A DNA stretch of 50,361 bases from Folioceros fuciformis (GCA_049999805.1 JBNGIO010005967.1:1-50361); one strand, 5' to 3'. Shown: positions 23,365 to 36,862, counted from the first letter of the stretch. The notes: a model not told the origin generated them from the letters alone. Made by a program: numbers and translations.

Positions 23365-24942
23365 ATGGCGGTGCGAGGTGGATGCGGCGGGCAACCCCCG
23401 TGTGTTGCGTCCGAGTTGATGCAGAGGTTGAGCCTGAAGAGCCCAGCAGAGAGGCTTGCTCTGCCGGCTTGCTTTGCTGGCGTGGGGATGTGCCGGGCGG
23501 CTGCAGCGCAGCAGGGCAGGTCCATAGGCGGGGCTGGGAGGGATAAAGGGGCCATCTCTCCAGGGCTCACGGCCGGGAAGAAGCAAGGGTTTGCAGCCGG
23601 CAAGGGGAAGGTTGTCCTGTGTTTCTGTTGGGCTTTGGTATTGGGTGCAGTTGGGTTGGGGCGGGGTGGGTTGGTGATGTGTGTCGTTGGGTTGGTTGTT
23701 CATTTCCGAGGGCCTTCCGTTGTGCTCTCCAGCCCAGGAAGATATCGGAGGAGGAGAATGCAGCTGCCGAGGCTGCTCTGGAGGCTCTTTTTCAGCAGCT
23801 GGAGAAGGACTTGGAGGACGATGTCGACATCGATGCGGATGCGGATGAGGAGCTCACTCCTGAAGAGCTGGAGGAGTTGGAGAGAGAGCTGGGAGAAGCG
23901 CTCTCTGATATCACGGACCTTGATGATAGGTTGGACTTCGATGTGGTGCCCCGGGACCAAGGTGGCAATGGGAAGGGGGGTAAGAGGAAGAGAAGTGGGG
24001 TAGCGTCTGCGACGTTATCCGATCAGGCTGCTGCAGGGGACGAGGGTCGTGGTCAACCAACTGTGGGCAGAGTTGCAAAGGCAAAAGAAGAGAGTAGTGA
24101 GGAGGAGGATGAGAATGAGACTGGTAGTGGTGACGAGGACGACATTGCAGCCATGTTACAGGAAGCCCAGGAACCAAGGGTGGTGAATCTTGAGAGGTGG
24201 CAATTGAAGAAGCTTGCTGCAGCTGTCGAGCTTGGGAGAAGACATGTGAATGTACGTTATGTTATCATCTGGATGGCGTCATTCTAGAATGTTTCTCACA
24301 TTCACGATGTCTTGTACTAGGAGGCGTTGCATCCTAGTACGTTCTTAACTCTGGAAGCATGTGTTCCATCTCCAGGTAAAGGCTCTGGCGGGGGACACTG
24401 GACTGGACAGGATGGACGTTCTGGCGTTTCTAAAAAATCCAAGTCCTGAGCTCCTGGCAGAGCTAGCCATGGAGCCGGAGGAGGGTGTGGAAGAGGAGAG
24501 CTCGAGAGAAAGGAGGAATCCAGGGAATAACCTTCCTTCGGTACCATCGAGGAGCAAGTCGAATCCTACAACCGCTCAGCGAAGGAAAGCAACAAAACCT
24601 GCTGCTCAGCTTCCTTATTTTACAACTCCCCGGGACTGGTGCAACAACAAGAGGTTACGTAAGGAGCAGATCGCAACTTTTGAGCGTGTTTACCAGCGCT
24701 CAAAGCACCCAAGTGTGAGCATCTAGTTCCATTCGGAGTGCCGTCTTGTTTTTCGTCGGTGGGTTGGTCCTCGTCTTCTGCCGCCCTAAACTCATGTGTG
24801 AACTCTGCAGAATGCGATGATAGACAACATGGTGCAGCTCACTCATGTTCCCCGCAGGAAAATCATTCAATGGTTTGACATGCGGAGAGCTCAAGGGGAG
24901 AAAGACGTAGACAGTTTTGAACCCGTTCCTGAGGAAGTCTAG
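23365..24942 (+). CDS. OCP3: OCP3-like homeodomain protein with a probable plastid transit peptide; 4 exons (23365-23610, 23733-24251, 24376-24714, 24811-24942)
   Basis: EALFQQLEKDL acidic region, LERWQLKKLAAAVELGRRHVNVKALA, and KRLRKEQIATFERVYQRSKHPSNAMI...KIIQWFD homeodomain. Confidence 0.85.
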
Positions 24943-25408
24943 CAGTAGATTGCGATACTCTGCGAAGTTGTTCCATTCCATCTTCGTAAGCTTTTGGAAT
25001 GGATCCGACGATGAGTGCATTTGCTGAACGGGCATTGTATTGATAGGTCATCGAGATTATTTGCTGGGTAGAGAATCATCTGCGTGCGTTAGAAGCGAGG
25101 ATGTCCACTATCGAGTACAACAACCGGCAACGATAATCCATTTAGAAACACACTGCCAAAAGTATGGGTTCACGTGTATGTATATATTCACAAGGTCCAC
25201 GAGGCGACTACCTGCTAGCAACCTCGAAAGAGGTGAAAGAGCTTCTCACGCCCCCTGCCAGCTTGCCGACAGGCGCAGTTCTGGCACAAGCAGTACAAAG
25301 CTTCAGCTCTTTCCTTTGAAGGGAGGAACCTAAAATAAACTATTCAAGAAGTGACCAGACAGAGGGCGGTGGATGCTAAGTGATATAAAAAGCCCATTGT
25401 CTCATCCC

Positions 25409-28029
25409 TTAGGCAGCTGCCGGCCAAAGAACACCCAAGGTTGCGTCCTGAGTACCGGCTTCAAAGGAGAACGAAGGCTGTGTCAAGAAAGCTTGCAACT
25501 GCATGCGAAGCTCTGCCACAAGCGCAAATGCTTCGTCGCTGGGGGTTTCCCTTGCGGCAATGATAGCTGCCAGATACTGTTTGCGAGCAACTTCCATCTT
25601 CTCATACTCTTGTCTCAGGACGGCAGGCCTGTCACTATGTGCAGTGGCCGAGGTGGCTCCGGACGTGGAGGCGGAACCATATTGATCGCGAGTTTGGCCC
25701 AGATCCTACACCCACACAATGGAGTTGTCAACAATCAAGATTCCCTTCACAAGCGTCAGATAACCAATTCCCCCCCGTCCAACATTCGGTGAATTGGTTC
25801 ACCTGTTCAGAGGAAGAAGCATCAGATGAGGACACTGCCAACGACTGAGTGTCCGAACGCTCCTCACTCGTGGCGTGGTCTGCCAAACCAAGTGACTCCA
25901 GTGATTCATGTTGGTAGACGGCTTCAAGCTGGAAGCGTAAGGCGGCGACCTGGCACCGAAGTGCATTCAGTTCTTCCTCACGCTTTGCTGCCTGGTCATT
26001 TTGCGAGTGGTGTTTGGCCTCCAGTCGCGCAAGCAGGCGCTGCATCTCAGCTACCTGGTCCTGCGGTACATGAAGAGAAGCCACACACAGGGACGCCATG
26101 GGATGTGAGAAACCGCACGTAGCCGATTTGCATCATGACCAGAGCCGTAATCTTCGGAGCTAGTGTGACGACCGACAACAATTGCCTTCGGAAAAAGGAT
26201 ATGAACGGAAAACACACAGACACGGTGTGTACACAAATCATATGGAACACAAACGTAAAATACAGCACGCTGCGCACAAGAAATACCAAGAAACAAACGA
26301 ACAAATATGGGAACGGACAGCAAATTACCTGCTTATTTGCAAGATGAGACTGAGCAGACTGGGCAACCCGGTCTTTCTCCCACAACTCCTGCTGTAACCC
26401 GTCAATTGTGGACTGTAGCCTGTTCAAATCAGCTTGAGTGGCAGCATCCTGCATTGCTTGCTGTGCTTGATGCTGAGCTTGCTGAGCAAATTGAAGGAGA
26501 TTATCTTTCTCCAACAGCTGCCTTCTCAAATCATCTATCTGGCTCTGCAGAAAAAATACTTCCGACCTATCTCCAAAATCGCCAGGGAACTGGTAAGAAT
26601 TCCCGTAGCTTGTTTGTGTTTCTTCCAATCCATCACCCTCCACGCGACGAAGAATATTCTCGCTCTCTTCCCACCTTGGGCTGCCATCTTTGGGATCTAC
26701 ATGCTTGCTGATGAGAGAAGCACGCCTTAGGGGATAAGGCCTTTTGATTTTCGTGGGGCTTTCTACAGCCTGCTGCACAGTAAATCCACTTCAGTAAGCT
26801 AGTTATGTACCCAACTGGATATCTTAATTATGTTCAAGACTGTATCTATGAGTGCAAGGCATCAGAACGACGTTGAAGAAGCCGACATTCGGGGCAACCA
26901 CAGTTGTGACTAACCTTCCGAGGTTGTGGATCTCGAGATGGTGCCGGAGTGTATACTAACGATGCACGATGCAAGAATGAGCTGCGGCCACCTTGTTGGT
27001 CCTGCATTTTCAAATAGGTCATGGCATTGGACCCTAGAAACTCACTAGCAACAGAGACTCTAAACAAAACTATTTCGATAAGCCTGGAGAAACAGGCAAC
27101 CTATCATGACGGAAAGATTACGACAGAAATGAGGCACACAAGTCATACTGTACTTGAAAATCAGGCATTGGCACATCGCATCGGCAGACAAGATACTACA
27201 CAAGCCTACAGGGGTACGACTTTTCTGAACTGTCACCAACCATGAAGGTTTCCATCAAAGGGATCATCTCCACAAGGTTCTGATACAGCGTCTGGTCTAC
27301 GACGCCACTTCCACGACCCCTGACTGCTGCCATTGTAGGGGTCTCTTCCTGTTCTTCCCTCTCCTCGTCAGGTTCTAACGAATCAGTGTCCTCCACCACA
27401 CTATCCACAGTCTCGCCCACGCTGGATGCGCCTCCAGAAAAGGGCTCTGCTGACAGCGCTTGGACCTGTAATCTGTCAGAAGCTGCGGTTATGTATCCCG
27501 AGGCCCGGTTGTTCCCGCTTTGCTCAGGGGGAGGGCCGTTTGAAGGGTGGAATTTCTTCAGAACGTCTGCAAACCTACTTCTGAAAGGTGAAGATCCTAC
27601 AGAAGCACTCGGAGAACGCATTCGCTCTGGGGACTTGGTGACAGAGGAATGCATGGCAGAAGATTGTTGAAAATTCCCATGATCTCGTTCCGGACTGGAG
27701 TTTGTAGTCCTGGGAGAAACAGAGCCATCAGGCGTGTTTCTCCATCTGGAGAAATCGTGCGGCAATAAGTCTTCACGTATCCGCGGTCTCATATACTGGT
27801 AGTCCAAGTTCTCCCTGCCACCAAATTCTCCAGAGCTAACCAACTGCGCCTGATCTTTCCGAGCAAGCGTTCCCTGCGAGGTGAGGCCATTGGGAAACCC
27901 TCCCTCTGACGCATTCCTCAGCCAGCAGTAATAATCTTGGCTTTCCGTGCCTTTCAAATTTGATGGCACCGGGCCCAAAAGAATGGTATGATTGGTCGTA
28001 GCGTGAAATGGTTTCCTCACTGCTGCCAT
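25409..28029 (-). CDS. MBP2C: Microtubule binding protein 2C-like (MPB2C/MBP2C); exons ~28029-27241, 27001-26915, 26772-26329, 26060-25803, 25705-25409; start uncertain (28029 or 27792)
   Basis: VDQTLYQNLVEMIPLMETFM, SSFLHRASLVYT, a central coiled coil and KMEVARKQYLAAIIAARE...LRMQLQAF match the recalled family motifs. Confidence 0.82.
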
Positions 28030-30475
28030 ACAGCAAAACACAAGCTCGTATATCTCTGTATGTCGTTAGCAGCTACTCCATGATATCAGATCACGCACCC
28101 CTGCCTGTTGCCCGGCTGCAACAGATTGTCCAGCAGATCCTCGCGGCTTTATCCTCGAAATTCCCTCAAACACTCCCAGATCGGCGGAGAAGACACGAGG
28201 ACCACCACCCGGAGCGACGACAGCAGTGATAGCTCGAATTTCTGCTCCTGAACCAAATCGCCGCTCACAGCAAACGTCCAACAAAACACAAATTCGGATC
28301 TCACAGATGAGCCTCGAAAGGACGCTGTACCACACAAACAACTGCAGGTGTCCCAAACCAATCTAAACAGCATTCATTGCTTGTAGCGGCTACTCTCCAA
28401 CTCCATCCATCCTAGGAGAGCCGTCCCGCGACGGCCATCGTGGTGCACTGCCCCCACTCCAACCAAAAACAGCAGCGGAGCAGGGAATGCTGCTTCTCAA
28501 AGGCGGATCGCAGGAAAGAAGAAGAGAGATGGGAGAGGGGAGCAAAGAACGCAGCGACAGTGGGGCGCGCCGCGGGGTGAAAACTGTTGCAGCAGCCAGT
28601 GCCGGCCCCGCGATGTGGAGGCCACGGAGACTCCGACTCCGGCAATTATGAGACCCGCACTCGTCCCTTGCACGCGCCCACGGGGTCACAAGCAGTCCGA
28701 GCTGGTCTCAAACCAAAGAGAGAGAGGTGTTCACACCACTGGAGTAGCACACCTGGAGCTCACTCCAAACAAACTGGCAATGCAGGACGACCGTCTACAC
28801 CACAAAAAACCACGACCTCCACCCGCTTCAGCCCTGGCATGCGATCCCGGATCCCTCCCAGTCCTCCTTCAACAGTGCTTGCCTTCAGCCCTTCCCTCCG
28901 CCAGTCTATACCACAAGATAATAAAAAAAGCAGGCCTGCGTGCAAGGCTAGACAGAGGCGCGGAAAGAGCGGGACATTCCTCCCTCACTGCACATGCACC
29001 CGCCTCTGGCCCCTGGGAAGCGAGAGACGGAATGGAATGCACGATTTGCGGACTCCCGAATTGGCAAACGAGCCCCCTCAATTCCAGCGCTCCAAGATTC
29101 CACAACTCCAACCGGCTACAAAACACTTGTCACCACTCACACACCGTCCTCCTTCACAGTCGAATCCAGGCTGTTGCGCCTGCCTTCCTCCCCCACTCCA
29201 ACTGCTCCGCCTGGAACGCAAATCAAGCGCAATTCGATCGAGGAGCCTCCAGCCGCAGCACACGCAGAATGGCGTACCGTAAGCGCTCGAAAAACCCACG
29301 ATTCACGAGCCAGAGCAGACAATGGAGGAGGAGTCGATCGTGACGACGTCCTAGGAAGCTTGCAAATAAAGAGCGAGCAAGGCGGCGGAGGGAGAGATGC
29401 GAAGAAGCTCCTCCTTTCTTTGAGCGCACCGCACAGGAGCGGAGCCTCCGGGCGGGGGGCGGGGGCGGGGCCGGGAGGGGAGGTTCGGCAGCAGGCTCGG
29501 AACCGAAGCCGCAAGTACCCAGTCCCCAGTAACGGCCCTTTTTACCCCTTACCAACGGTCATAACAGGCGTTCAGCTGGTAGGCTCGAGCCGGGGCTGGA
29601 GGCTCGGCCGGCTCGCCATGAGGCTCGGATATACGATTCCACGTACATGACTGGCGGGCCACCCACGTCTCGCCCTCTTCGTATGGCCCACATTCGCGTA
29701 CGTCGCGCGCTCTCATTCCAACAATTCACGACTCATGGTCATTCGTCCCTTCACAGTTGCCCGTTGCCGCTCGCCTTTCAAGATAATATTAAGCCGGTCT
29801 CAAATTCCACAATTTCTCAAATCCCACAATGTCCATTTCCCGACGTTCCAACCACCCACCAAATGCTTGACAAAGAATATACCCCGATTAATCTAATGCT
29901 TAACCTAATCCAACCCTAATTTTCACAACACATTGACACAGCTTGGACTGGATCAAATCAGGAAGTGAGACTTGCTTCTTGGAAGAGGGTTGAGTTGATG
30001 GGGTTTTGATGCCATGGGATGATTTGTGGTACAAGGCCCTTCTAGGGCCTTTGAATCATAAATCCTAAGAGAAGAAGTTGTTGAAAACTTACATTATTTT
30101 GATAATACAACAACAACAACAACAAAAAAGAAAAAGAAAATCAAGTACATAATGCTTTCATAAACATATTGAAAGCTTTCTAACATGGACCTCAAAGACT
30201 TTACAGGTACATATCTTTCTCTTGAAGATTAAGATGAACTCATGAGCTTACACAAATTTTTAATTATTGGATAAAGATATTATTTGTAAAATAATTTACA
30301 GCTCCTGGTAAACCAAAAGCAAACTACAAACTTGGAGAGCGAAGAGTATCAATCCCTGAGTAAATATTTCTCTTGAAATGTTTTATAGAATGATTTTATT
30401 TATCTGTTATATTCTGCTTTATAATTTATAATGGTGAAAGTAATTTGCTATGTTCATGATTCAGTTACAATTCTT

Positions 30476-31816
30476 ATGACCATGGTTGATGCAACCAGCT
30501 ACATGAAAGATGACAACAAAGCCCATCTTTCAAGCACATTCATGGATCTTTCTGATGTTTATCGAAGAAAAAGAGAAGTAAACTCTCAAGAATGATAGTT
30601 GTATGTGATCCATGACTTCAAAACCTAAAGATTTCTAATCCATGCATGTTCCATGTTCTATGTTCTATGTAGAAGGGAGAAAAATCAATGTTAATGTCTG
30701 CCCAAGAAGCTAGAGAACTAAGCCTAAGACTTAGAAAGGAACGTTTTTCTGTAAGTAAGAGATGTCTAATTTGTTATGATTATTTAAAAAAAAACTTTTG
30801 AAAAAAAAAAAGAAGAAGAAAAAACGCATTCATACTTACAACATAGATTTTTGAATAGGCTGCAAGAGAGGAGGATGACCAGTTCTTCAAGAGTTTGGAA
30901 GACCAAGACACTGACGATGCTAAAGAAGATAGAGTTCTAGACCAAATCCGACAATCAAGCCCTCAATTACGTTTGTTGCAAGATAAATTGAAAACAACGG
31001 AGCTTTTTAAGCAACGGCACAACGACGTATTTTCTTATCCAATATCTTAAGTAAGATGCTAGATAATCGTGTTTTACTTATGCGAGTGGCAACGAATGAT
31101 CTTGCATATGATATGCACCAAAGGTGGTATGAATTGCCAGCTCGAGGAGATTAGATTACTGGAGCTAAACAATGCGACTCGGAATGCAAGTCTTCACAAA
31201 CATGCAGAAGCAAGCATCCTGGGCGTTAAGAGCAACTTGTTTCTAGTTAAGGGCGAGACGTCTCAAGTTGTTGCGTTAATTTTGAACTTTGTGGTAATGT
31301 TTGATTACTGTTTTTGGGTATTGTTTTGTTGGGTTGATTTTTCGTGTTGTTTCGCAGAGGAGGAACTCATGGGAGGAACCTCGAAGAGCGAGTAGTGCGA
31401 TGGGGTTCAGGCCGAGTGAGATGATATCGTTTAGACCGAGCGAGGCTAATCGAAATGCATCAAGCTCTTCGACATCTTCTAGAATAGGTTCGAGTTCTCG
31501 ACCGAGAGCAGCCAGTGCGGAGCCACGGAGTACATTATATACCAGACGCCCCACGCCATGGGCAGATGTTAGCTTAATGAATGACAATGACGATGCAGAA
31601 GATGGCAACACATCCTCCAAGAGAAATAGTGGTTCCCCTGAACCTATTGCAATAGATAGACAGACGGAAATCACAAAAGATTTGTCTCATAAAGTTAGCT
31701 TTGAGCAAGAGGCAGAGGAGGATAGCCTGCGTTTTATTGATCTTAACAGACGCCGTAATACCACCATTCAGAAGCTTACTGCTCGTAAATCTATATTAGC
31801 ACATCCTCGAGATTGA
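30476..31816 (+). CDS. Putative AT-rich spliced gene, ~310 aa, with an MNS1/FAP127-like coiled-coil motif; exons 30476-30577, 30673-30750, 30859-31026, 31141-31266, 31358-31816
   Basis: Five exons joined by phase-0 GT-AG introns give one open frame. Contains DQIRQSSPQLRLLQDKLKTTELFKQR. Confidence 0.55.
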
Positions 31817-32634
31817 TTTTGGTTCTACTAACTTGGATTATAGGAAGATAGATTAGAGAATTTTTCTTTTTCTTTTTCATTTGGTACCAATGGTGTATCA
31901 ATGCACCAATTCTGATTGTCTTACTACATGAATTTAAAATATTTGATCAAAGAAAGCTAAATAATTTCTTGAACTTCCATTCAATTTTCCGTCATGTCTT
32001 CACATAGTAAAAACTGACTTTACTGCTGACACCACACCAGTTTCGATTTATAAATGTGTCAAAATTGGGTTTACAGTTGGCTCGACCGGTTGAAGTAGAG
32101 AAGCATGCTTCCTCATTTTCGTTTCCTTATTTCCCCCGTCTGTCAACTTTGGCTTTTCCAACTGGGCCTTTTGCCTTCCAGATGAGAGTTCCGGGATCCA
32201 GGTGGTGTAGACGTGGGAACAGCTTTCATCCAGTCAAGAGCCCTCATTATAGGTGACGGCAAGCCTCTGCCCTGTAATATCATTTGACGACACTATCAAC
32301 AACAGCAAAGTCCATGGAAGGAAGACTCATTTTTTAATCCTTCGAGCTCCTATTTACTGGTTGAATGTCCTCTCTAGGGACTCCCGGGTGCAAAGGAGTG
32401 AGAAAGGTCCGACCACGAGAGGAACATCGGGAACCGGGAAGGAAACCAGCCAGGGAGCGGGTTTCCAGCTTTGGTTTTTACAGATAGACAATCTAAAGCG
32501 AAACCAAAGTTTTCTTCAGGCATCAGGTCTCGACCCACCATCTAAGTGCCCCGCTGACACAGGGCAACGTCTTGTCGAATTGCCGTGCAGCAATGGATGA
32601 AAGACTGTAGACTTGCGAGGTTCTCATCTCTAGG

Positions 32635-34641
32635 TCAGTGTCCAAAATTGCATAGTTGAACAAACTCCATGTCGCTGTCCACATACTTTGTCCAGTAGTC
32701 CTTGTATTGAGGCATAGCAAGGTCTAGCCATGGCTTCATATTCCCATTGAAGTGGATGACTGCTGCACTCTTGATTTTGTCAGCACTTACATTCGGATTG
32801 TATCCCAATCCAAGCACATGCCAAGATTTGTCCAACGGTTTCGTTGTTCTATAGAAGGTGATGAGACCAGGTGGCAGAGTTCCCAGCTTCCACAACGTCC
32901 GATTCTCATTCTGCACAAGTTAACAAAACGACCAAGGCCATAAGAACTAACCCAGCTTGGAAGTAGACACTACGTCAAAGCAGCCAGAATGAGTAAGCTA
33001 GAAATAACCTACCAAATTCTGCCAGTAGTGGTATTCTTCTGTACTCTTCTCTCGCTTCCACGCATCCAAGTCAAAGAAGTTCATGCCATAGGCCCAACCA
33101 CAGGCTTTTGGATTAAACTTGGAGCTGATCAATGGATTGGAGAAGTTCATGTACTTGTCGTATCTATGGAAGGATCCGAAGCACGTCTCTACAGCACCAT
33201 TCACTTTACCATCCATATCCACCTCCCACAGTTTAGTTAGATCCTTTTGAACCACAATGTCATCATCCAGAAATAGTATTCTGTGCAGCTTCGGATACAT
33301 CTCTGGGAGGTAAAACCGAAGATGGTTGAGCATAGACAGATACTTGGGATTCCTAAACTTCATGTTCGCTGTGTCCTTGGTAGCATTCTCCATCTTGAAA
33401 TAGAAGTTCATAAGGTTTGCCGACTCCAGTTGTCGCAGGACAGGGACATAAGACGAGTTCAAGAACTCGTAGTCTTCAACAGCCTTCACTTCAATGTGTG
33501 CATCTTTGGGAGGGCGCATCTTGAACCATACCTGCATCGCTCCGAGGTTCATCTTATCCGTGACAACATGGAAGACATGTTTCCTCGGCTCCCAAGCGTT
33601 CTTCACTGCAGAGTTCACCACCACCGATGCCGCAATCACATTGTCCGAGAAAATGGCATAGTGGTAGAGATCCGGATCCTCCAGAGCAGCAGGAGGAGGC
33701 TCATCCGTCTCATACAAATGAGCATTCGAGATCCGTTCCTCCATCAGCTGCATGGTGAGGCAGTGAAGACTCTTAGGGATGGACTTGGCCGCGATAAGGC
33801 TGGAAAACGCTCCCGACTTCTTGGCCTTGGTGAGCTGGTCATTGACCTGAAAGATAGTGTCCTTCAGCTTCTGTATCTTGAGCTGGTTGTCGAACAGTTC
33901 CCTGGCATCCAGTATCGCCTGCCTGGTAGACTTAGATCTCTCCTTCAGCTCCCTCTCAAACCGGTGCAACATGTCCTCGTTCACAAAAGGAGCCTCAAGC
34001 AACGCCTTGAACTCAGGCCTGCTCATAAGCTCCGTATAATTCTCCGCTTGCTCGTCAAAGATGCGAACCTGACGCATCATATCCAACTTCCCCCGCCGCG
34101 CTACCCCGGCATACGCCCTCACGATAGCGATCTGCTCCCGCGCTTGCTTGTACAGCTGCTCCGCCTTGATCCTTAAGGGATCCACTTTCGTTTTCAAAGC
34201 CAGAAAGGTACGCGTCACATAAGTCTGCAAGTGCTCTGCAGTGGCAGGAGTGCTATCGATTCCCCCGGAGCTCCCTACCTGCCACAAGCGCCAAGCCGAA
34301 ACCTAAAACCTCCAGCCACAGCCCCATCATCCATCCATGCAGTCCAAGCAACCAGCTTCCAGAACAAGGCAATCCCGTGGGAAAAAAAAAAACGAAACAA
34401 ACCCGACATTCCAGCAAATTGCTCCCCCGCCCCTCGCACCAAGCTAAACCTCCATCCACTCCCACGCGCAAGATCAAAGACAGACTCCCAGATCCAGTCC
34501 CCTTACCGACACGGCAGACGAGCCTCCCGCGAACAGCATGCCAATCCCTCCGATAAAGGCGACCACCAGCATTGCAGGCAGCACGCCTCTGTAGGCTATC
34601 CTCTTGGCCCTACCGGCGGAGCGGCCTCCCCGTTGCCCCAT
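32635..34641 (-). CDS. GAUT8: Galacturonosyltransferase 8-like (QUASIMODO1-type); 3 exons (34641-34507, 34278-33013, 32910-32635)
   Basis: FDNQLKIQKLKDTIF, AKSIPKSLHCL, KFRNPKYLSMLNHLRFYLPEMYPKLHRILFLDDD and HFNGNMKPWLD. Confidence 0.96.
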
Positions 34642-35978
34642 TCCGCCTTGCAGCAGCCGGCGAGCAGTGTCATTCAACCATGGATGCGCGGCTGCAGACA
34701 GAAGGACTCAATGCAGCGCGCNNNNNNNNNNNNNNNNNNNNNNNNNNNNNNNNNNNNNNNNNNNNNNNNNNNNNNNNNNNNNNNNNNNNNNNNNNNNNNN
34801 NNNNNNNNNNNNNNNNNNNNNTCCACCCACCGGGCCCCGGTGGTCTCAGAAATCTCTCTTTACCGGGGGGGCTCTTTACCCTCCCTTTCCTTCGTAATCA
34901 CGCGTCTTTCCAAACGGCTGTCGAAAACCACCGTCATCACCGGTTGTTGCCAGTCCACATCGTGAGTGGGAGGCCGCATGTTATGTACATGAAAAAGCGT
35001 GGAGCATGATTTGCGAGCCATTCCACCTTCGTCCATTCCGGAGCGTCATGAGGAAGACTTCGCACCCAATACCTCTCGTGCATTTTCATATTCAGCCTTC
35101 CAGGGTCAAAGGAAACAACGTGGCCCAGTTCCCAACAAACCAACAGGTGGTAACATTATTCAACTAAAGTGGTTGAAAGCTTTGTTTGTATGTCTCAACT
35201 TTGTTCTATCAGCCTTCTATTGCATGCAAAATTTCTTGCGGGGAATGCAATTTTCTTGGTAGGAAGGATTTTTCAAGAGCCTTCCATCTTCCTCTTAGAG
35301 ATACTGTCCAACCCTTGTCATCCGATAGAGTGTGTTGTTGGGCATTTGTGAAGGGAAGTCTTGGATCCTTGTGTGTGGATGTCTCAAAAACCCATACGAT
35401 CCATGGATGCATATGTACCTTGCGGGATGTTCTACCCACACGAGGTATCCCCTTTAAGATGTTCTCCCTCAACGAAGAAGAGATTCGAGCTGGAATGCTC
35501 GTCATGACTTTGGGTACAAAGCTTTCAATCTTCTTCCCACTTAACTTCGTACACGAGGGACAGTTAGGTGTGCGCGTGGGCCCCAAGGACTCTTTATTCA
35601 ATAGCTTTAACTCTCCATGTGAGCAGGTGGTTGTTGTTGAGCGTGTTTACAGACGAGAGTTGGTCGGATGGAAGTACTACATTCATTCCTCATTCTCATC
35701 TCTGCGATGATGGGCATGTGGAAGTACTGCATTTATTCGTGTGTGTCTGTACTAGCTTGACTAAGAAGTGGTTGTGAGTCCAACCACGTCTATTCCTTCA
35801 TCTTCCATTCCTTCATCTTCCTTTTGCCAACAAGACTTGGTTGCTTCACAACTCGTGTCATGGTAGTCGTGTGTACTATTTACAACAAGAGATTTACTCC
35901 TTGGGACACCTCTGGTAGGTATTGATCTAAACCCATGATGTTTATGGACGATGTGTGTGGTAGCCTGTGTGGTCTAAG

Positions 35979-36111
35979 CCATTTGAACTCTGTTGAGTGT
36001 TGTCATTGTTGCATTTGAACTCTGGTGAGTGTTGTCATTGTTGTATCCATGAGGTTGTGGAAGCCATTTTGAACTCTGTTGAGTGTTGTCATTGTTGCAT
36101 CCATGAGGTTG
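35979..36111. repeat. Tandem repeat with a ~33-bp core, 3 copies
   Basis: TTTGAACTCTGKTGAGTGTTGTCATTGTTG occurs three times. Confidence 0.85.
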
Positions 36112-36862
36112 CTGGGATTGTGGGAGGAAGAGAACATAAGGATGTATTACTATAGAAGAAGAAAAGAGAAGCTGGTCGAGAAAATGAGCAAGTGAGGCAG
36201 AGGATTGTGCACCGACACCACCGGCCCCCAGGGGGCAGGAGGCCGGAAGACCAGGTTGTGGACAGAAGCATTTAGGCGGCGGATCAGATATGGATTTTGG
36301 GATTTGGAGAAAAATGTTTGGATTTGGGAGTTGGGAGTTGTGGGCGGCAGGCAGGCAAGTTGGAAGTAAAGCGTGAAACTGTAAAACCTAAAACCCCGTT
36401 ACTTTGGCGAGCGGGAGGAAGGTGGCAGCAGATATGGCGCACGAACCCCTACTTGGCTGCATCAGGCGCTTGTGAGGCCATATTTGACTTATCCTGCCTT
36501 GTGCTGGACCTGGCGTAGGTAGGTTTTTCGCTTGCTGGTCTGCGCACAGATCTGCATTGGTCACGGTGGCCTGTGCGGCAGCAGGAGAAGCACACAGGTT
36601 AGCCCACTGCAGACGGGAACACGGTGATGTGAAGCAGCCACCCACCTGTAGTCCCCGTTTTCTTATCTCCCTTCTCTGCTCTTCTCTGCTCTGCCATTTC
36701 CTCTTTCCTGTTCTCTGTCTCTCTTGTCCCTGTTCCCTGCTTCCCTGGCATCCTCTGCCAATTCTTGCTGCAGCACCAGGGCTGCTGAAGGACCTGACTG
36801 CACCGGACTGATCTTGGAGTCCAATCAGCTAATTGGTGGTCGTACCAAGGCCGGGAGGTGCA

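Noticed and set aside
28587..29650. Several overlapping 200+ aa ORFs
   Set aside because: GC-rich leader/promoter DNA with few stop codons. The translations are low-complexity and have no domain features.
31485..31502. tRNA T-loop-like GGTTCGAGT
   Set aside because: No cloverleaf or A box, and it lies within a coding exon.
33283..34176. 297-aa antisense ORF over GAUT8, and similar antisense ORFs over the P450, OST1 and eIF5
   Set aside because: Shadow ORFs caused by codon bias of the sense gene. They have no recognisable motifs.
34953..34962. GTCCACATCG resembling the plant snRNA USE element
   Set aside because: An imperfect match, with no TATA box or recognisable snRNA at the expected distance.
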